The translations under genes and the position numbers were made by a program. Shown here piece after piece: positions 18,430 through 28,464 of a stretch of 64,000 bases of DNA. The notes under the pieces were generated by a model. The model worked only from the letters and a program-made list of their open reading frames with translations. It did no database searches and was not told the DNA's origin. Every line of letters begins with the position of its first letter. Position 1 is the first letter of the stretch. The stretch comes from a virus, in IMG/VR virus record IMGVR_UViG_3300025015_000014, positions 1 through 64,000 of that record, one strand, 5' to 3'.

Positions 18430-19116
18430 TTAGGCCGCTGTGGCGATCTTCGAGGCGAGCTTCAAACCCTGAGATACCTTGGTCTCATCGCCCTTGGCGA
18501 GAATGGGAAGCATCTTCGTGCTGGCAACCAAAGCGTTCTGCACGGTCTGTGCATTGGCTGTCCCACCCGCGATCTGGGCCTGAAGACCCATCAAGGCAGC
18601 AGCCAGATGAAGCATCGGGGCAGCCAAGGCTGGACGATCATTGCTGGCAACCTTGAGTTTCTCACTCAGAGAAGCCAGCCGAGCCGAAGCAGCCGCACGT
18701 CCGATGGCTGCAAAACCAGCCTGTTTGCCGGGAGTCGGACCACGGGGAGCCGGAACCGGCGAGGCTCCGAGTTGGCCACCCTCTTGATCACCCCGAAGCT
18801 CACGATTTTCCTGCTGGGAGAACTCACCCTTCATGTAAGATTCGTCAGCATCCCCTTCCAATGGACCACCCACTTCTTCCCCGATGGTGTCAGGGTCGAA
18901 ACCGGGTTCCTTGACCGGGTCGTCCTCGGTGAGAGCCTGCTTGGCCACACCCACCTTACGGTCGATGAGGTCAGCTACAATGTCCATCTTGTGTGTGAAG
19001 TCCTTTGCCATCCTCGGAGGAAGCCCGAGTTGTGCCCCATGAGTCATGAGGGCATTGGCAATGCGATCCATTGTTCGGGACAGGGTAAGTGCGCCTTCCT
19101 TAGTGAGCTTCTGCAT
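18430..19116 (-). CDS. Hypothetical head-region protein
   Basis: AAGGAG upstream of the ATG at 19116. Helical segments flank an acidic linker. Confidence 0.65.
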   Translation of the reverse strand: MQKLTKEGALTLSRTMDRIANALMTHGAQLGLPPRMAKDFTHKMDIVADLIDRKVGVAKQALTEDDPVKEPGFDPDTIGEEVGGPLEGDADESYMKGEFSQQENRELRGDQEGGQLGASPVPAPRGPTPGKQAGFAAIGRAAASARLASLSEKLKVASNDRPALAAPMLHLAAALMGLQAQIAGGTANAQTVQNALVASTKMLPILAKGDETKVSQGLKLASKIATAA

Positions 19117-19186
19117 CGAAAGTCTCCTTTTTAGCAGCCGAGGGGGCCAAACGTGGGCACTCTGCCCTCCGCTTATATGATCCCCC

Positions 19187-19203
19187 ATATACACAAGTTA
19201 CCG
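19187..19203 (-). promoter_or_regulatory. Candidate phage late promoter (CGGTAA-N5-GTAT)
   Basis: Minus strand CGGTAACTTGTGTATAT, overlapping the stop of the giant gene and upstream of the protease operon. Confidence 0.45.
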
Positions 19204-22200
19204 GAGAAATCTTCGTGTCATGTGTCTCCAAGCTACGGTTCTGGCTGTCTTACTCGGGACTGTTTCCAGTTCCCCCTCTCGCACGTACTCCCTCCCCCAA
19301 ACCATGGGGTCACCAGACTTGATGTAATCCAACACCTGGCGTTGAACTGGATCCGTTTTATCTGGCTCGATCCCGTCTGCCCGGAGTTGCTCCATCCAAA
19401 CGTCCATCCAGGTTTTGCGAACCTCGTCATCTAGTGTCGGGTCACACTTTGTCCCTGATAGACAAGCATCGGTAAACTTTGCAAGGGCATCCTGAAACCG
19501 TTTGTCCTTGCCCACCCGATCCGCTGCCGCATCAATCGCGGACTTCTTCCCCTCATAAGCCGATACAGCCATCGCGTGTATGGTGGCCATGGAATCTACG
19601 GCCATCATCTGAAGGAACTCCCGAATCACCTTTTTCTGTTCGGGATCCAGATCTGCCATGGCTTTGATGACCGGTCCCCAAACTCCTTTCTCACCCCCCA
19701 TGATCTCATTGAGTTCATCATCCCCAACTTCTTCCAGGGCTTCCTGAATCACCTTGCGTCCTTGGGGGCTATAGGCTCGTTCCACAGGCTCCAGCATCAT
19801 GTTCACCTTGCCCTTGGCCTTGAGGGCTTTAGCAAGGGCAATCTGCTCATTTGAGTGGGGGGCATGAAGAGATTCCGGCACCGGCTTTTCAGCCATGGAT
19901 GCTGCCAGGGCCAAACCTTCCAGGATGCTGTCTAGTTCCTGTCGCTTGGGGGAATCCTCGGGGGTGGCAGCCAGTTGATCAGCCATCTGCTTGGCTGCCT
20001 CTTCCAGGATGTTCTCCCCCGCAGACGAGAACTGTTCAAAAGCCTCCTGACTCCGTTCCTGTAGTTGTTGGGTGGTCTTGTCCTCGTCCGAAACGTCTTT
20101 CCCGCCAACCTTGCTGGGGTTAGCAAGGGTTTCTCGGGCGAACTGGGCCAGGGCAAGACTCCGGCCCTGGCCTTCTGGTGTTGTCCCACTCCCAGGGGAT
20201 TTCAGGGCTTTCTCGGCATCCGTCATCAGGGACTTGTAGCCCTTCTTGGCCTGGGCCTGCAACGCCTTCAGTTCCGTCTTGTATGTAGACACCAACCGGT
20301 CCATTCCTGCCTGATCTTTGGGGAGTTCTTTCGCGGATACGTCTTCCAACATCTTGGCAATCTCAAGTGGCACTTGAGGCTTGTCCTTGTCCTTGGACCT
20401 GCTCTTGAGATCCTTCTGGACATCCTCCTTTGTAGCCGTTCCCGTCGAGTCTTTGAGCACCTGGGAAGTGACAAAACTACGCACCTCCCCGACAGTCTTG
20501 AAGTGGCCTTTGGGGACTTTCAGTTTCTGTAGGATCCCCGCAACCTTGGGGTCGTCTACTGTTTGGGTATCGGGCAACGCAGCCAAGGCACCCCCCTCCA
20601 GAAACTCCCCCAAGCCCTTCAAGATTTGATCGGTTTTCTTGATGTGCGCCTCCGGGTCCAAGAGGGCATCTAGGTCGTCCTTTCCGGACCACCAGTCCGA
20701 CGTTCTCTTCTTACGGGCCTCGTTTTCCTCGGGGGTCTCCGCAGTCTCTTTTTCCTCGTCCTTCACGGGTTCTGTGGTCGGTGCCTCCGTTTTCGGCTCA
20801 GGGGCCGCCGGGGTTGGTTCAGGAGAAGCGGGGGCCGCCGGAGTTGGTTCAGGAGCAACAGGAGCCTTTGGCGACGGCTCGGCTGGGGCTTCAGGAACCT
20901 TCTTCTCTTTCTTGGGTGGCTTACCTACTGTCTTGGCTAGTTCGGGAACCTGTTTGATGAACTCCCGCACATCCCCGAAAGTCTTAAATAGGTGAGGCGG
21001 CAACCCCATGCTCTCAAGATGCGGGCGGAAATCTCTGTACTCGTCTTCGCCTTGTATGGCCTGTTCGTCCTTGATCTTCCCAAAGGATCCCCCTGGACCA
21101 AACAGATCCTTGACCTCTTTCATCATGGCTTTGAAACTGGGCTTGTCCAAAGAACCAACAAACTCCTCAATGGATTTGGCCTGGGGAGCAGCCGGTCCCT
21201 TCTTTTCCTCTGGGGCTTTCTCGGGTTCTGTCGATGTCTCAGGGGGCTTCTCCCCTGGACTCGTAGGGGCTTTCCCCTCAGGAGTTTCCTCTCCCTTGGC
21301 ATACGCCTTAGCCTGCTCTTCTTCCGGGAAGGCGTGAACTACCCCATCCTTGTTCTTGGCAACCCAGCCCTCACCCTTCTCGGACCTCCAAACCTCGCCC
21401 GGCTGACGTTTCTTTGCCACGGGGGCTTTGGTCAAGGGGGCTTTTTTCTTGGCAAGCCGCATGATCCAACGAGCAGCCACCCGCTTGTAATTGAGACTCA
21501 AATCATCGTCATTCTCGGCCCCAGCCCCCTGAGTATCCTCATCCGGTTCTTCGACTCGTTCCCGACGAAGATCCTCCCGTGGAGGCTTTTTCTTGGGTGA
21601 CGGCCGAACCAACCGTTCAGCTTCTTCGTCCTCTTTCTCGGCATCCGACTTGGTAGCCCAACGATAGGCTATTCGAGCGGCCATCTTTAGATCGGATAGG
21701 TATGGTGAAGGCAAGAGATTGTGGGTAAGCACGTCCCTCTGTACATCCAACTTGGCAGCAAGCCTAAGATTATGCTTCTGCCCTGTAGTGGCGTCTACCC
21801 ACGAGAAATTCAGAGGTTTGTCTTCCCCTGTACACAGACGGCACAATGCTTCTCCCGTTAGAACCTCATCTCCCACATGATCCTTACAACGGCACTTATT
21901 CACATTCCCACACCGGGGACAAGTCAATCTGAAGTGCTCGGGTGAAAACTCCTGAAAAACCTGAGTGACTGTTCGCGGACTGGAGGTTTCTTCCGATCCC
22001 CCTGTCAGATCCCAACGATTGTTCCACTGTCCCTGATTGGGATTCAAAGCAGATACCTTGGGTTGTCCCGGCAAGGGCTTCTCTTTCCAAGAGGCCACAC
22101 GCTGTGTAAAGTCTTTGATGTCCTGCTCATGTGCCTCAATTTCCCCCTCCAATCTGGAGAGCGTGGTTTTCAAAGCAGCCTCATAGCTCTCCTTTTCCCT

Positions 22201-25200
22201 ATAGGATGCAGACGCCTCGGGTCGAACAAGAGGTTTGCCCCGTCCCGGAATCTCATTCGGAGGATTCTGCTGCCAAGCCCTCAACTTCTGTTCTAGCCGT
22301 GCTTTCGAAGGTTTGAGCCCCCGCTCTATAAAGGCTTTGGTTCCATCGGGACTAAACTCAAACGGTTCCCATCCGGCTCCAAAGCAGGGTCCAGTATGTG
22401 TTGTTTGCCCGTACTGCCCACGGGACCGCTGCCCTTGAACAGACCATCCGTGGCGCATCATCTTGCCCTGAACCATCTTGACGTTGTTGAAACATACAGG
22501 GCAAGTCCCAGTGCCCTCTAAGGACCGTGCAGACGGGGGCCTGGACAAGGACTCAACAGTCTCTTGCCCCAGTGAGGCCAGAAACTCCGTAGCCGCTTCT
22601 TTCAAGCCGTTCTTGTATGCCCAAGTCCAGAATGCCGGGGATTGTATCTTGTGGGGGTCTTCAGTTTGTCCTCTGTGATCCACACGCAGAGGAAACTCCG
22701 GGGAGCTTACAGAACGAGCCATGACATTGAAAATGGGGACACCCATCCACCATAACTGCGTGTTGAGCGACCACGTAGGTCTTTCGGGACGCCAGAAAGA
22801 AGCAGGCTGAGGGGGCTCCACTTTCCCCACGTACAATTTGCCAGGGCTGGGATCCACTGGAGGATGACCAGGGGTCAACGGAAAATCCCGATATGCGGCT
22901 TCTGTGGTTTCTTGAGAATGGGTCCATAACTCAACTGGACCCTTCATGCCCGACCATGCAGAGACAACAACCTGATGTTTCTTCAACCAGGGTTCCCAAA
23001 GACTCTTCAGAACGTCCCCGATGTTGTCTAGAAGCCGGGCACCTTGCCCGGTGGTCACCGTCCAACCTAGATGCCCCAGGGCTTCCCGTAACAGATCGAT
23101 GTCTAGGGTAGATGTCTTACCTTGACCCTTGGCTGCCATTTGGAGGAAGCGAAGGACGGAGAAAGATGGGGTGGCGGCCTTTTTGATGAGCTTGTTGGGC
23201 TTGACGACCATCTCGGTCCAATGCTGGGAATCTGGAGCCACATGACCTGCCCGGACATACTTGGCGATGTTCTTGTTGAACTGGCTGTAGTGGAAAGCCC
23301 CCGCGTTCCGTACCACATAGCCTTCGGCTGGTCCCCCCGCACTGAACTTGGACTTACCGTCGAAGACAGCCTGGATTTTCTCTTCGTCCCATGGCCCCCT
23401 GTAGAGAACAGGAACCGTATGAACCCCAAGCAACTGTGCCCATTCCTCAGTGTCATCCCAGGAAAGGCACACGTTGTTGTTGTCCCAGATGGAGAACAGG
23501 ACGAAGTAGGAGGGCAGTTCATCATAGGCTATCGAGTGCTGTGCAAAAAGGTTCTCTCCGCAGAGTCTCCAACCGTCGGGTATGTCGTGACCAATCTGCC
23601 CAGCAAGACTCTTGACCCAATCCCGAGAAGGGTGCGGTTGAGGATCGAGGGAACGGGCATGACTATAATTCCTACCTATAGTACAGTTTTCTCCGTCGAG
23701 CTTTTCTGTGACGACAACCTGCTTACCCTTGAAGTGCCCGAGGTCTATCAGTCGGATGTCATCCCCGGTGAAACCAGGGGACCAGGGGACGTGCGGTGTG
23801 CGGGGATACTTGGTTTTCTCATCAACAGCCACGACCCACCGGTTTGCCACACGGGCATAGATAGACCCCCGCTTGTCCAGTTTCTTACTGACCTCCCCGT
23901 CCTTCAGGAATTCCTCTTCAAGCCCAGGCACAAGGTATTGCGACTTGAGGGTACTGGCTTCATGCCCGACTGCCTCAGCAGTAGCATCTAGGGCTTCCTG
24001 AAACTCCGTCTTGAGTTTCTCTTTCTTCTCCTTGGGGTTCTTCGGTAGGGCACCTCCCTTAGAACGAATGGCTTTGAGTCGTTTCTGCATCTCAGAGTTG
24101 GCGTGAAAACCCCGAAGATCCTTGGCCGTAACATCAAAGGGTTCAAGGTAGGCGTTCACTTCAACCGAGGTGACCTCGCAATCCTCACCCTCACAGACTA
24201 AATCCTCATCCCCCTTACCCCTCACGGCATCCTTCAAGGCTTTCAAGACGGGTTTGGACTCAACAACCTTCTCTTGCTTGACCCCCGACTTCCCCACATA
24301 TTTGACAACGGCCTTGCCATCCTTGAACGTGATGTGTTTAACTTTCCAGCCGGTAACTCCAAAATGGCCATCCGCTGCGGATTCCATGTTCCCAACCCGC
24401 TCGAAGGTCTCGTCAATCAGGGCCACCGCTAATGCCGTGTTCCTGGTCTGTTCATCCTTGGCTGTCAAATCCTTGCGGTACTTTTCCCGCAAGTCTCCGA
24501 TCTTGCCCCGGAGCTTCTCGACCCGTTCAGCCTTGTCGTGGTTTCGCAGGGCCACCTGACGGTCACTGTATTCGTAGACCGTGGTTGTCCCTTTGCCCTC
24601 GGCCTTGGGGACTTCTTTTTTCTCCTGGTAACGGGCGGCTACCCGGGCTACTGTTGCGGCATTCACACCCAACATGATCTCGTTGAACGCCTCAAGATTC
24701 GGGCCGGTCAGTTTGTTGATGGCATATAGGGACAAAGCCTCACAGAAATGCTCCTCTGGGTCAGATGCTGAATAGGGGGTGGGAAACTTACCCCTCTTAG
24801 CCACCTCCTGCACCCACCCCATCAATTGAGCCAGCCCTACTGATCCGATTGGCTGGTTTGTGGTCACATCAACCAAAGTGGCCTTTCCTGATGGCTGCTC
24901 ATACTGCTCCACCCGAACGGTCTTCTTGTTGACCTGAAGGGGTAGAACATCCCCCACTTCGGGGAGCTTAGTATCCACATGCCCATAGACCAGGGACGTA
25001 TGATGACTGACCCACTTTGACTTGATGGCTCTATCCAATTTCTTGGCCCAGAAACGGTGTCCCAACTCATGTACCAAATGACGAGCAGACTCTTCTACCG
25101 AAATACCCGAGATTCTGGGACGAAGGTAGATGACATCCTTGCTGGGCACATACCAGGCAGCCCAGTTCTTGCGTTTGATCTGGCCAACCAGAAACAACGT

Positions 25201-27702
25201 GCCATAGGACATCTGGGCGAACCCCGGCACTCCTGACCCGGAAACCGCCCTTGTCGCTCGGTCTATGATGTCCAAAGCAAGGTCAAGAGCCGGACCGATA
25301 GCCTGCACCGTGTTGTGTACGATGAACGGCCCCTGTTTGAAAACCCCACTCTCCTCAGACCGTTCGGGCCAAGCTCGGGCCTGGTCCAAAAGCACTAGCC
25401 GGGCTTCGTTGTTTTCAAACCATTTGATGATGTCCGATGGTCCCTTGCCCCACCCGTAGGAGCGTGAGAACAGACGGGCGGCCATCTCCACTGCTTTAGC
25501 CACTTTCGGGGGGAAAGCAAGATGGTCAATGACGTATGCTGCCCATTCTTGGCCCACCTTGTAGAACAAATGCCAAGCAACCCAAAGCGTTGACGTGTTC
25601 CCAAGGTTCAACGACTTGCTGTGTTGCACAGCCTCCCGTAGTTCCTGGAGTCTCGTGGGATACCCGTGTAACAAAGCCGGGTTCGCCAGTTTCCTGCGAA
25701 GCGGCTCAGAACTGGCTACCCGTCCTGCCTGCCATTTCTCAAACCGGCCCTTAGCCCAATCGAAGGCGGTTTGCATGTTCGGGAACCCTCCGGAATACGC
25801 CCGGTAGAGGTTCTCAACCTTTGAGGCATGGTCGTGCCCCTGCTCGTATGTGTCGCCCGCGTCCAGCATCAAGACGGTCTCGATGGCCTCGTGCAAAATG
25901 GTGAAAGCCGTGTCCTCTAGGGAGGGCTTGGACTCAACCCACAGTTCGTCCTTCGGGATGTAGCCGTAAACCGCGGGGTTTCCACCCTGAGTGAAGTCAA
26001 TGTCCACTAGGTTGCGAACTGCATTCCCATCCACAACCCAGACACGAAACCTGCCAAGCTCACCCAGACAGGTCTGCCTGACCCTTCCTTCAACGTAGTC
26101 TGGCATGGGACACTCGGGATGGGGCTTGCCTTGTTCTTCAGGGGGGAGGTCTCGCCAGCGACACTTGGAGAAAGCTGCCTGACGATGACGAGCCACAACT
26201 CGACCCACAGGGCCGATCTTCTCCCACCCCTCTCGGATGGTTTCCCCGAAAACCCGAATCAGGGCGGCCCCACAATCCTTTCGCCGTTGGAGATCGCACA
26301 CCCCTGGAAGCTCAAGGGTGTAGATCCGTAGGTCGGCCTTGGCCAACCAACCCTCGATGGACGTATCGTAAGAGCGCGTACCGGATGGTTCGTCGGCCAA
26401 ATGGAAATGATGGGCCGCCTCCTGACAAAGTCGCCGGGCTACTAGACTGGGCACTGAGAACCTGGGGTCGTCATAGACGAAAAACTCCCTGGCTTCCCAG
26501 TCCTCATGAACGGAACACACCCCATCTTGACCCACCTCGGCAAGTCGTTTGATGTGGGGCTGAAGGATCTCACCCTCAAAGGTATGTTTCTGACCTGGGA
26601 ACATCTCCCTATTGGGATCTCTCCCGTCCAACCCAACCCGTTCGTTTCGACGGAAACCGTGGGGGTTTACGACTGGAATAATAGAGACGGACACCCCCGG
26701 AACACAGTTGGGGTTCTCGAAGAACTTGCGAGCAGCAAAAACCCCACCCGGCTCATCCCCATGGACACCAGCCAGAACCAACACCTGCCGATTACCTGGA
26801 GGCACCTCTTTAGGGGTGAGCAACAGAAGGGGATCTCGGTCTACATCGCCCAACTCAAAGATGTTGTACCCATGCTCAGGGGCCAACTTCCGATACTCCT
26901 CATAGAGCCGGTCAAGATCCCTGTCCTCCTCGTGAGCAAAACGGGCCTCGGCCTCCTTGACCTTCCTCCCCCGGTTCTTCTCTCCATGAACCCATCTCCA
27001 GAACTGCCCGATGGGCATCGCCAGATGATCGTCCTCCTGGTAGAAACCCGGCTTGTCATACTGCTTCTTGTAGGCTCCGATGGCTTCTTCCACTGAGTCA
27101 AAACCCAGCATGACCTTGTCTTCATCGAACTTCCCAGTCTTGGGGTCGTGTTGATGGATGGCCACGACCACGGAAGAGTCGTGATTGTCTCCCACATAAG
27201 CGTCAAGCTTGTCTCCATCCACACCCTCAGTCCCCCGGATCTCGCCGTAGTGATAGAACATCTCGGTGGACCATTTGGTGCCGTCTGAACTCTCCCCCTC
27301 CCGAGTTGACCCTTTCTCGTTCTCGACATCGATCTCCAACCCCTGGAAGTCAATGTAACCTTGAAAGGGGAATTTCTTTCGTTTGGCCTTCGGGGGTTGA
27401 ACCTCAACCGGATGAAAGTTATGTGGGGCTTCGATGACTTCCTGATTCGTTCCAGCCTGACGTTCCATCAATTCTAGCTTGTCATAGTAGTTTGGATCTT
27501 CAGTGAGGTGGTCCATGGTGATCTCTTGAGCCATGTTGGGATCACCCGTATGTTCCATCTCAACTTTCTGACCTTTAGCCAGAGCCGTTTGGTCAAAGTC
27601 CTTAGGCTTCTTGCCCTTGGCGAGTCCACCGGGGATTTGCTCAACCCAACGGGCAGCAACACGAGCAACCAGGTGGTGTACACTGACAGGACTCCGCATC
27701 AC
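19198..27702 (-). CDS. Giant polyvalent protein (2834 aa): DUF5661-like, InPase-like, M14 peptidase, two zincin-like domains, topoisomerase IB, RNA ligase, Zn fingers, charged C-terminal region
   Basis: Motifs in order: VEMEH...MDHL.EDP.YY; IENxKGS.R.G...YG.I.GT.G.DGD.LD.YVG...FDEDKVMLGF; GVHGDE...PVVNP.G...DPNR...SVHE; HEAIE; HELGH...PY...EEHFCEA; RVGN...GKSG...KDLR...GH...SQY; KYPRTPH...TEKLDGEN...GE...EGYVVR...AKYVR. Confidence 0.85.
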   Translation of the reverse strand: MMRSPVSVHHLVARVAARWVEQIPGGLAKGKKPKDFDQTALAKGQKVEMEHTGDPNMAQEITMDHLTEDPNYYDKLELMERQAGTNQEVIEAPHNFHPVEVQPPKAKRKKFPFQGYIDFQGLEIDVENEKGSTREGESSDGTKWSTEMFYHYGEIRGTEGVDGDKLDAYVGDNHDSSVVVAIHQHDPKTGKFDEDKVMLGFDSVEEAIGAYKKQYDKPGFYQEDDHLAMPIGQFWRWVHGEKNRGRKVKEAEARFAHEEDRDLDRLYEEYRKLAPEHGYNIFELGDVDRDPLLLLTPKEVPPGNRQVLVLAGVHGDEPGGVFAARKFFENPNCVPGVSVSIIPVVNPHGFRRNERVGLDGRDPNREMFPGQKHTFEGEILQPHIKRLAEVGQDGVCSVHEDWEAREFFVYDDPRFSVPSLVARRLCQEAAHHFHLADEPSGTRSYDTSIEGWLAKADLRIYTLELPGVCDLQRRKDCGAALIRVFGETIREGWEKIGPVGRVVARHRQAAFSKCRWRDLPPEEQGKPHPECPMPDYVEGRVRQTCLGELGRFRVWVVDGNAVRNLVDIDFTQGGNPAVYGYIPKDELWVESKPSLEDTAFTILHEAIETVLMLDAGDTYEQGHDHASKVENLYRAYSGGFPNMQTAFDWAKGRFEKWQAGRVASSEPLRRKLANPALLHGYPTRLQELREAVQHSKSLNLGNTSTLWVAWHLFYKVGQEWAAYVIDHLAFPPKVAKAVEMAARLFSRSYGWGKGPSDIIKWFENNEARLVLLDQARAWPERSEESGVFKQGPFIVHNTVQAIGPALDLALDIIDRATRAVSGSGVPGFAQMSYGTLFLVGQIKRKNWAAWYVPSKDVIYLRPRISGISVEESARHLVHELGHRFWAKKLDRAIKSKWVSHHTSLVYGHVDTKLPEVGDVLPLQVNKKTVRVEQYEQPSGKATLVDVTTNQPIGSVGLAQLMGWVQEVAKRGKFPTPYSASDPEEHFCEALSLYAINKLTGPNLEAFNEIMLGVNAATVARVAARYQEKKEVPKAEGKGTTTVYEYSDRQVALRNHDKAERVEKLRGKIGDLREKYRKDLTAKDEQTRNTALAVALIDETFERVGNMESAADGHFGVTGWKVKHITFKDGKAVVKYVGKSGVKQEKVVESKPVLKALKDAVRGKGDEDLVCEGEDCEVTSVEVNAYLEPFDVTAKDLRGFHANSEMQKRLKAIRSKGGALPKNPKEKKEKLKTEFQEALDATAEAVGHEASTLKSQYLVPGLEEEFLKDGEVSKKLDKRGSIYARVANRWVVAVDEKTKYPRTPHVPWSPGFTGDDIRLIDLGHFKGKQVVVTEKLDGENCTIGRNYSHARSLDPQPHPSRDWVKSLAGQIGHDIPDGWRLCGENLFAQHSIAYDELPSYFVLFSIWDNNNVCLSWDDTEEWAQLLGVHTVPVLYRGPWDEEKIQAVFDGKSKFSAGGPAEGYVVRNAGAFHYSQFNKNIAKYVRAGHVAPDSQHWTEMVVKPNKLIKKAATPSFSVLRFLQMAAKGQGKTSTLDIDLLREALGHLGWTVTTGQGARLLDNIGDVLKSLWEPWLKKHQVVVSAWSGMKGPVELWTHSQETTEAAYRDFPLTPGHPPVDPSPGKLYVGKVEPPQPASFWRPERPTWSLNTQLWWMGVPIFNVMARSVSSPEFPLRVDHRGQTEDPHKIQSPAFWTWAYKNGLKEAATEFLASLGQETVESLSRPPSARSLEGTGTCPVCFNNVKMVQGKMMRHGWSVQGQRSRGQYGQTTHTGPCFGAGWEPFEFSPDGTKAFIERGLKPSKARLEQKLRAWQQNPPNEIPGRGKPLVRPEASASYREKESYEAALKTTLSRLEGEIEAHEQDIKDFTQRVASWKEKPLPGQPKVSALNPNQGQWNNRWDLTGGSEETSSPRTVTQVFQEFSPEHFRLTCPRCGNVNKCRCKDHVGDEVLTGEALCRLCTGEDKPLNFSWVDATTGQKHNLRLAAKLDVQRDVLTHNLLPSPYLSDLKMAARIAYRWATKSDAEKEDEEAERLVRPSPKKKPPREDLRRERVEEPDEDTQGAGAENDDDLSLNYKRVAARWIMRLAKKKAPLTKAPVAKKRQPGEVWRSEKGEGWVAKNKDGVVHAFPEEEQAKAYAKGEETPEGKAPTSPGEKPPETSTEPEKAPEEKKGPAAPQAKSIEEFVGSLDKPSFKAMMKEVKDLFGPGGSFGKIKDEQAIQGEDEYRDFRPHLESMGLPPHLFKTFGDVREFIKQVPELAKTVGKPPKKEKKVPEAPAEPSPKAPVAPEPTPAAPASPEPTPAAPEPKTEAPTTEPVKDEEKETAETPEENEARKKRTSDWWSGKDDLDALLDPEAHIKKTDQILKGLGEFLEGGALAALPDTQTVDDPKVAGILQKLKVPKGHFKTVGEVRSFVTSQVLKDSTGTATKEDVQKDLKSRSKDKDKPQVPLEIAKMLEDVSAKELPKDQAGMDRLVSTYKTELKALQAQAKKGYKSLMTDAEKALKSPGSGTTPEGQGRSLALAQFARETLANPSKVGGKDVSDEDKTTQQLQERSQEAFEQFSSAGENILEEAAKQMADQLAATPEDSPKRQELDSILEGLALAASMAEKPVPESLHAPHSNEQIALAKALKAKGKVNMMLEPVERAYSPQGRKVIQEALEEVGDDELNEIMGGEKGVWGPVIKAMADLDPEQKKVIREFLQMMAVDSMATIHAMAVSAYEGKKSAIDAAADRVGKDKRFQDALAKFTDACLSGTKCDPTLDDEVRKTWMDVWMEQLRADGIEPDKTDPVQRQVLDYIKSGDPMVWGREYVREGELETVPSKTARTVAWRHMTRRFLR

Positions 27703-27711
27703 CCGTGCTCC

Positions 27712-28464
27712 TTACAACTCCACAAAGCCCGCACGGTCCACCATGAACAGCTTGCTGCCTATCTTGATGGCATCCCCCACAGACATACTGGTATGCTCCA
27801 AATGCAGACCCCGGATAAGTCCCCGAGCTTCTCCACGGGGACTCCATGTTTCACCCTGCATCATTACCCACACCTTATCGAGGTTTGTTTCACGCACAGT
27901 TCCCAACAGGATATGGGTTTCCCTGATAGTTTGTGGTATGGGAAGAACCAACCCCCGCTCTTTCAGGCGGGCTGGTCCTCTAAAATAATCGTCTTCAGCC
28001 GACGGTTTCATGTACCAGATCTCGGTTTTTCCAGGAAGGTACTTATCGTTCCCTGTGACCTCCGCCGCATCTGACAAGGAAGAGTAGGAGGTGGCTGCAA
28101 ACTTGCGGATAAGGGGAAGCAGGTGCTTCCGAGTTTCAGGCTTCTCATGGGCAAGCCGGACCACATGGTCCAGAAGCGAACCACGGGCATCCTTCTTTGG
28201 CTTGTACTCATCCAATTGGTGTGCCCGGTTCAAACTCACCAAGGCAGCCGCAGCCTTCTCTGGGGAGTCATACTTCATGGGGGTTACCGCTTCCCAAACC
28301 CCCATACCCCGATAGTCAATCCGCCACTTGTCATTATGTGGCTTATCCTCCGGGGCGATACGAAAACCGGCACCCTCCACGTTGACCCCATACACGGTCC
28401 CAAGACGACCCAGGTGGACCTGAAACTTCCAAGAGGTACCTAGATGGTCATAGTTATACGTCAT
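27712..28464 (-). CDS. Two-domain protein with shared helical tag and C-terminal YodL-like domain
   Basis: Internal LLDHVVRLAHEKPETRKHLLPLIRK. C-terminal 'HTSMSVGD.I.....FMVDRAGFVEL' resembles YodL. Confidence 0.6.
   Translation of the reverse strand: MTYNYDHLGTSWKFQVHLGRLGTVYGVNVEGAGFRIAPEDKPHNDKWRIDYRGMGVWEAVTPMKYDSPEKAAAALVSLNRAHQLDEYKPKKDARGSLLDHVVRLAHEKPETRKHLLPLIRKFAATSYSSLSDAAEVTGNDKYLPGKTEIWYMKPSAEDDYFRGPARLKERGLVLPIPQTIRETHILLGTVRETNLDKVWVMMQGETWSPRGEARGLIRGLHLEHTSMSVGDAIKIGSKLFMVDRAGFVEL

Noticed and set aside
19198-27702. Inteins in the giant protein, terminase or RecA
   Set aside because: No C/S...HN-[CST] splice junctions or LAGLIDADG blocks were seen.
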